DNA of 32,349 nucleotides from Elusimicrobiota bacterium (GTDB lineage: Bacteria > Elusimicrobiota > Elusimicrobia > UBA1565), in contig JBDREN010000019.1 of NCBI GenBank assembly GCA_043819795.1, forward strand, positions 1 to 32,349; not shown here. The letters are read 5' to 3'. Below are more notes on the stretch, generated by a model. That model searched no databases, was not told the origin of the DNA, and saw only the letters and a list, made by a program, of their open reading frames with translations. Position 1 is the stretch's first letter.

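Noticed and set aside
1..32349. RTX/T1SS adhesin, autotransporter or NRPS/PKS as the explanation for the gene size
   Set aside because: No GGxGxD nonapeptide tracts, beta-barrel or biosynthetic domain motifs in the visible portion.

Overview
The whole 32.3-kb window is the interior of one giant, GC-rich (roughly 70%) bacterial gene on the minus strand, open at both edges. The ORF-track start at 32300 is an internal Leu (TTG), because the frame continues to 32348 in the middle of a repeat. The stop at 2352 follows an apparent 2-nt frameshift at about 2930. After it, the repeat pattern resumes in another frame and runs without a stop to position 2. The corrected product is at least about 10,780 aa. 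From N to C it has: one partial and six complete ~790-950 aa modules (G8-like domain + right-handed beta-helix + beta-rich cap); two FN3-like domains; four 7-bladed FG-GAP/VCBS propellers separated by FN3-like pairs; 29 FN3-like domains in seven a-b-c-d super-repeats plus one chimeric extra; two further FN3 domains; a ZU5/GAIN-like domain; and the start of a 'TPNGDGLND' gliding-motility/T9SS type-B-like C-terminal domain. This looks like a megadalton surface adhesin or glycan-binding filament. An Elusimicrobiota-like origin is my inference only. Domain names come from motif recognition, not database searches. I saw no RNA genes, mobile elements or CRISPR arrays.
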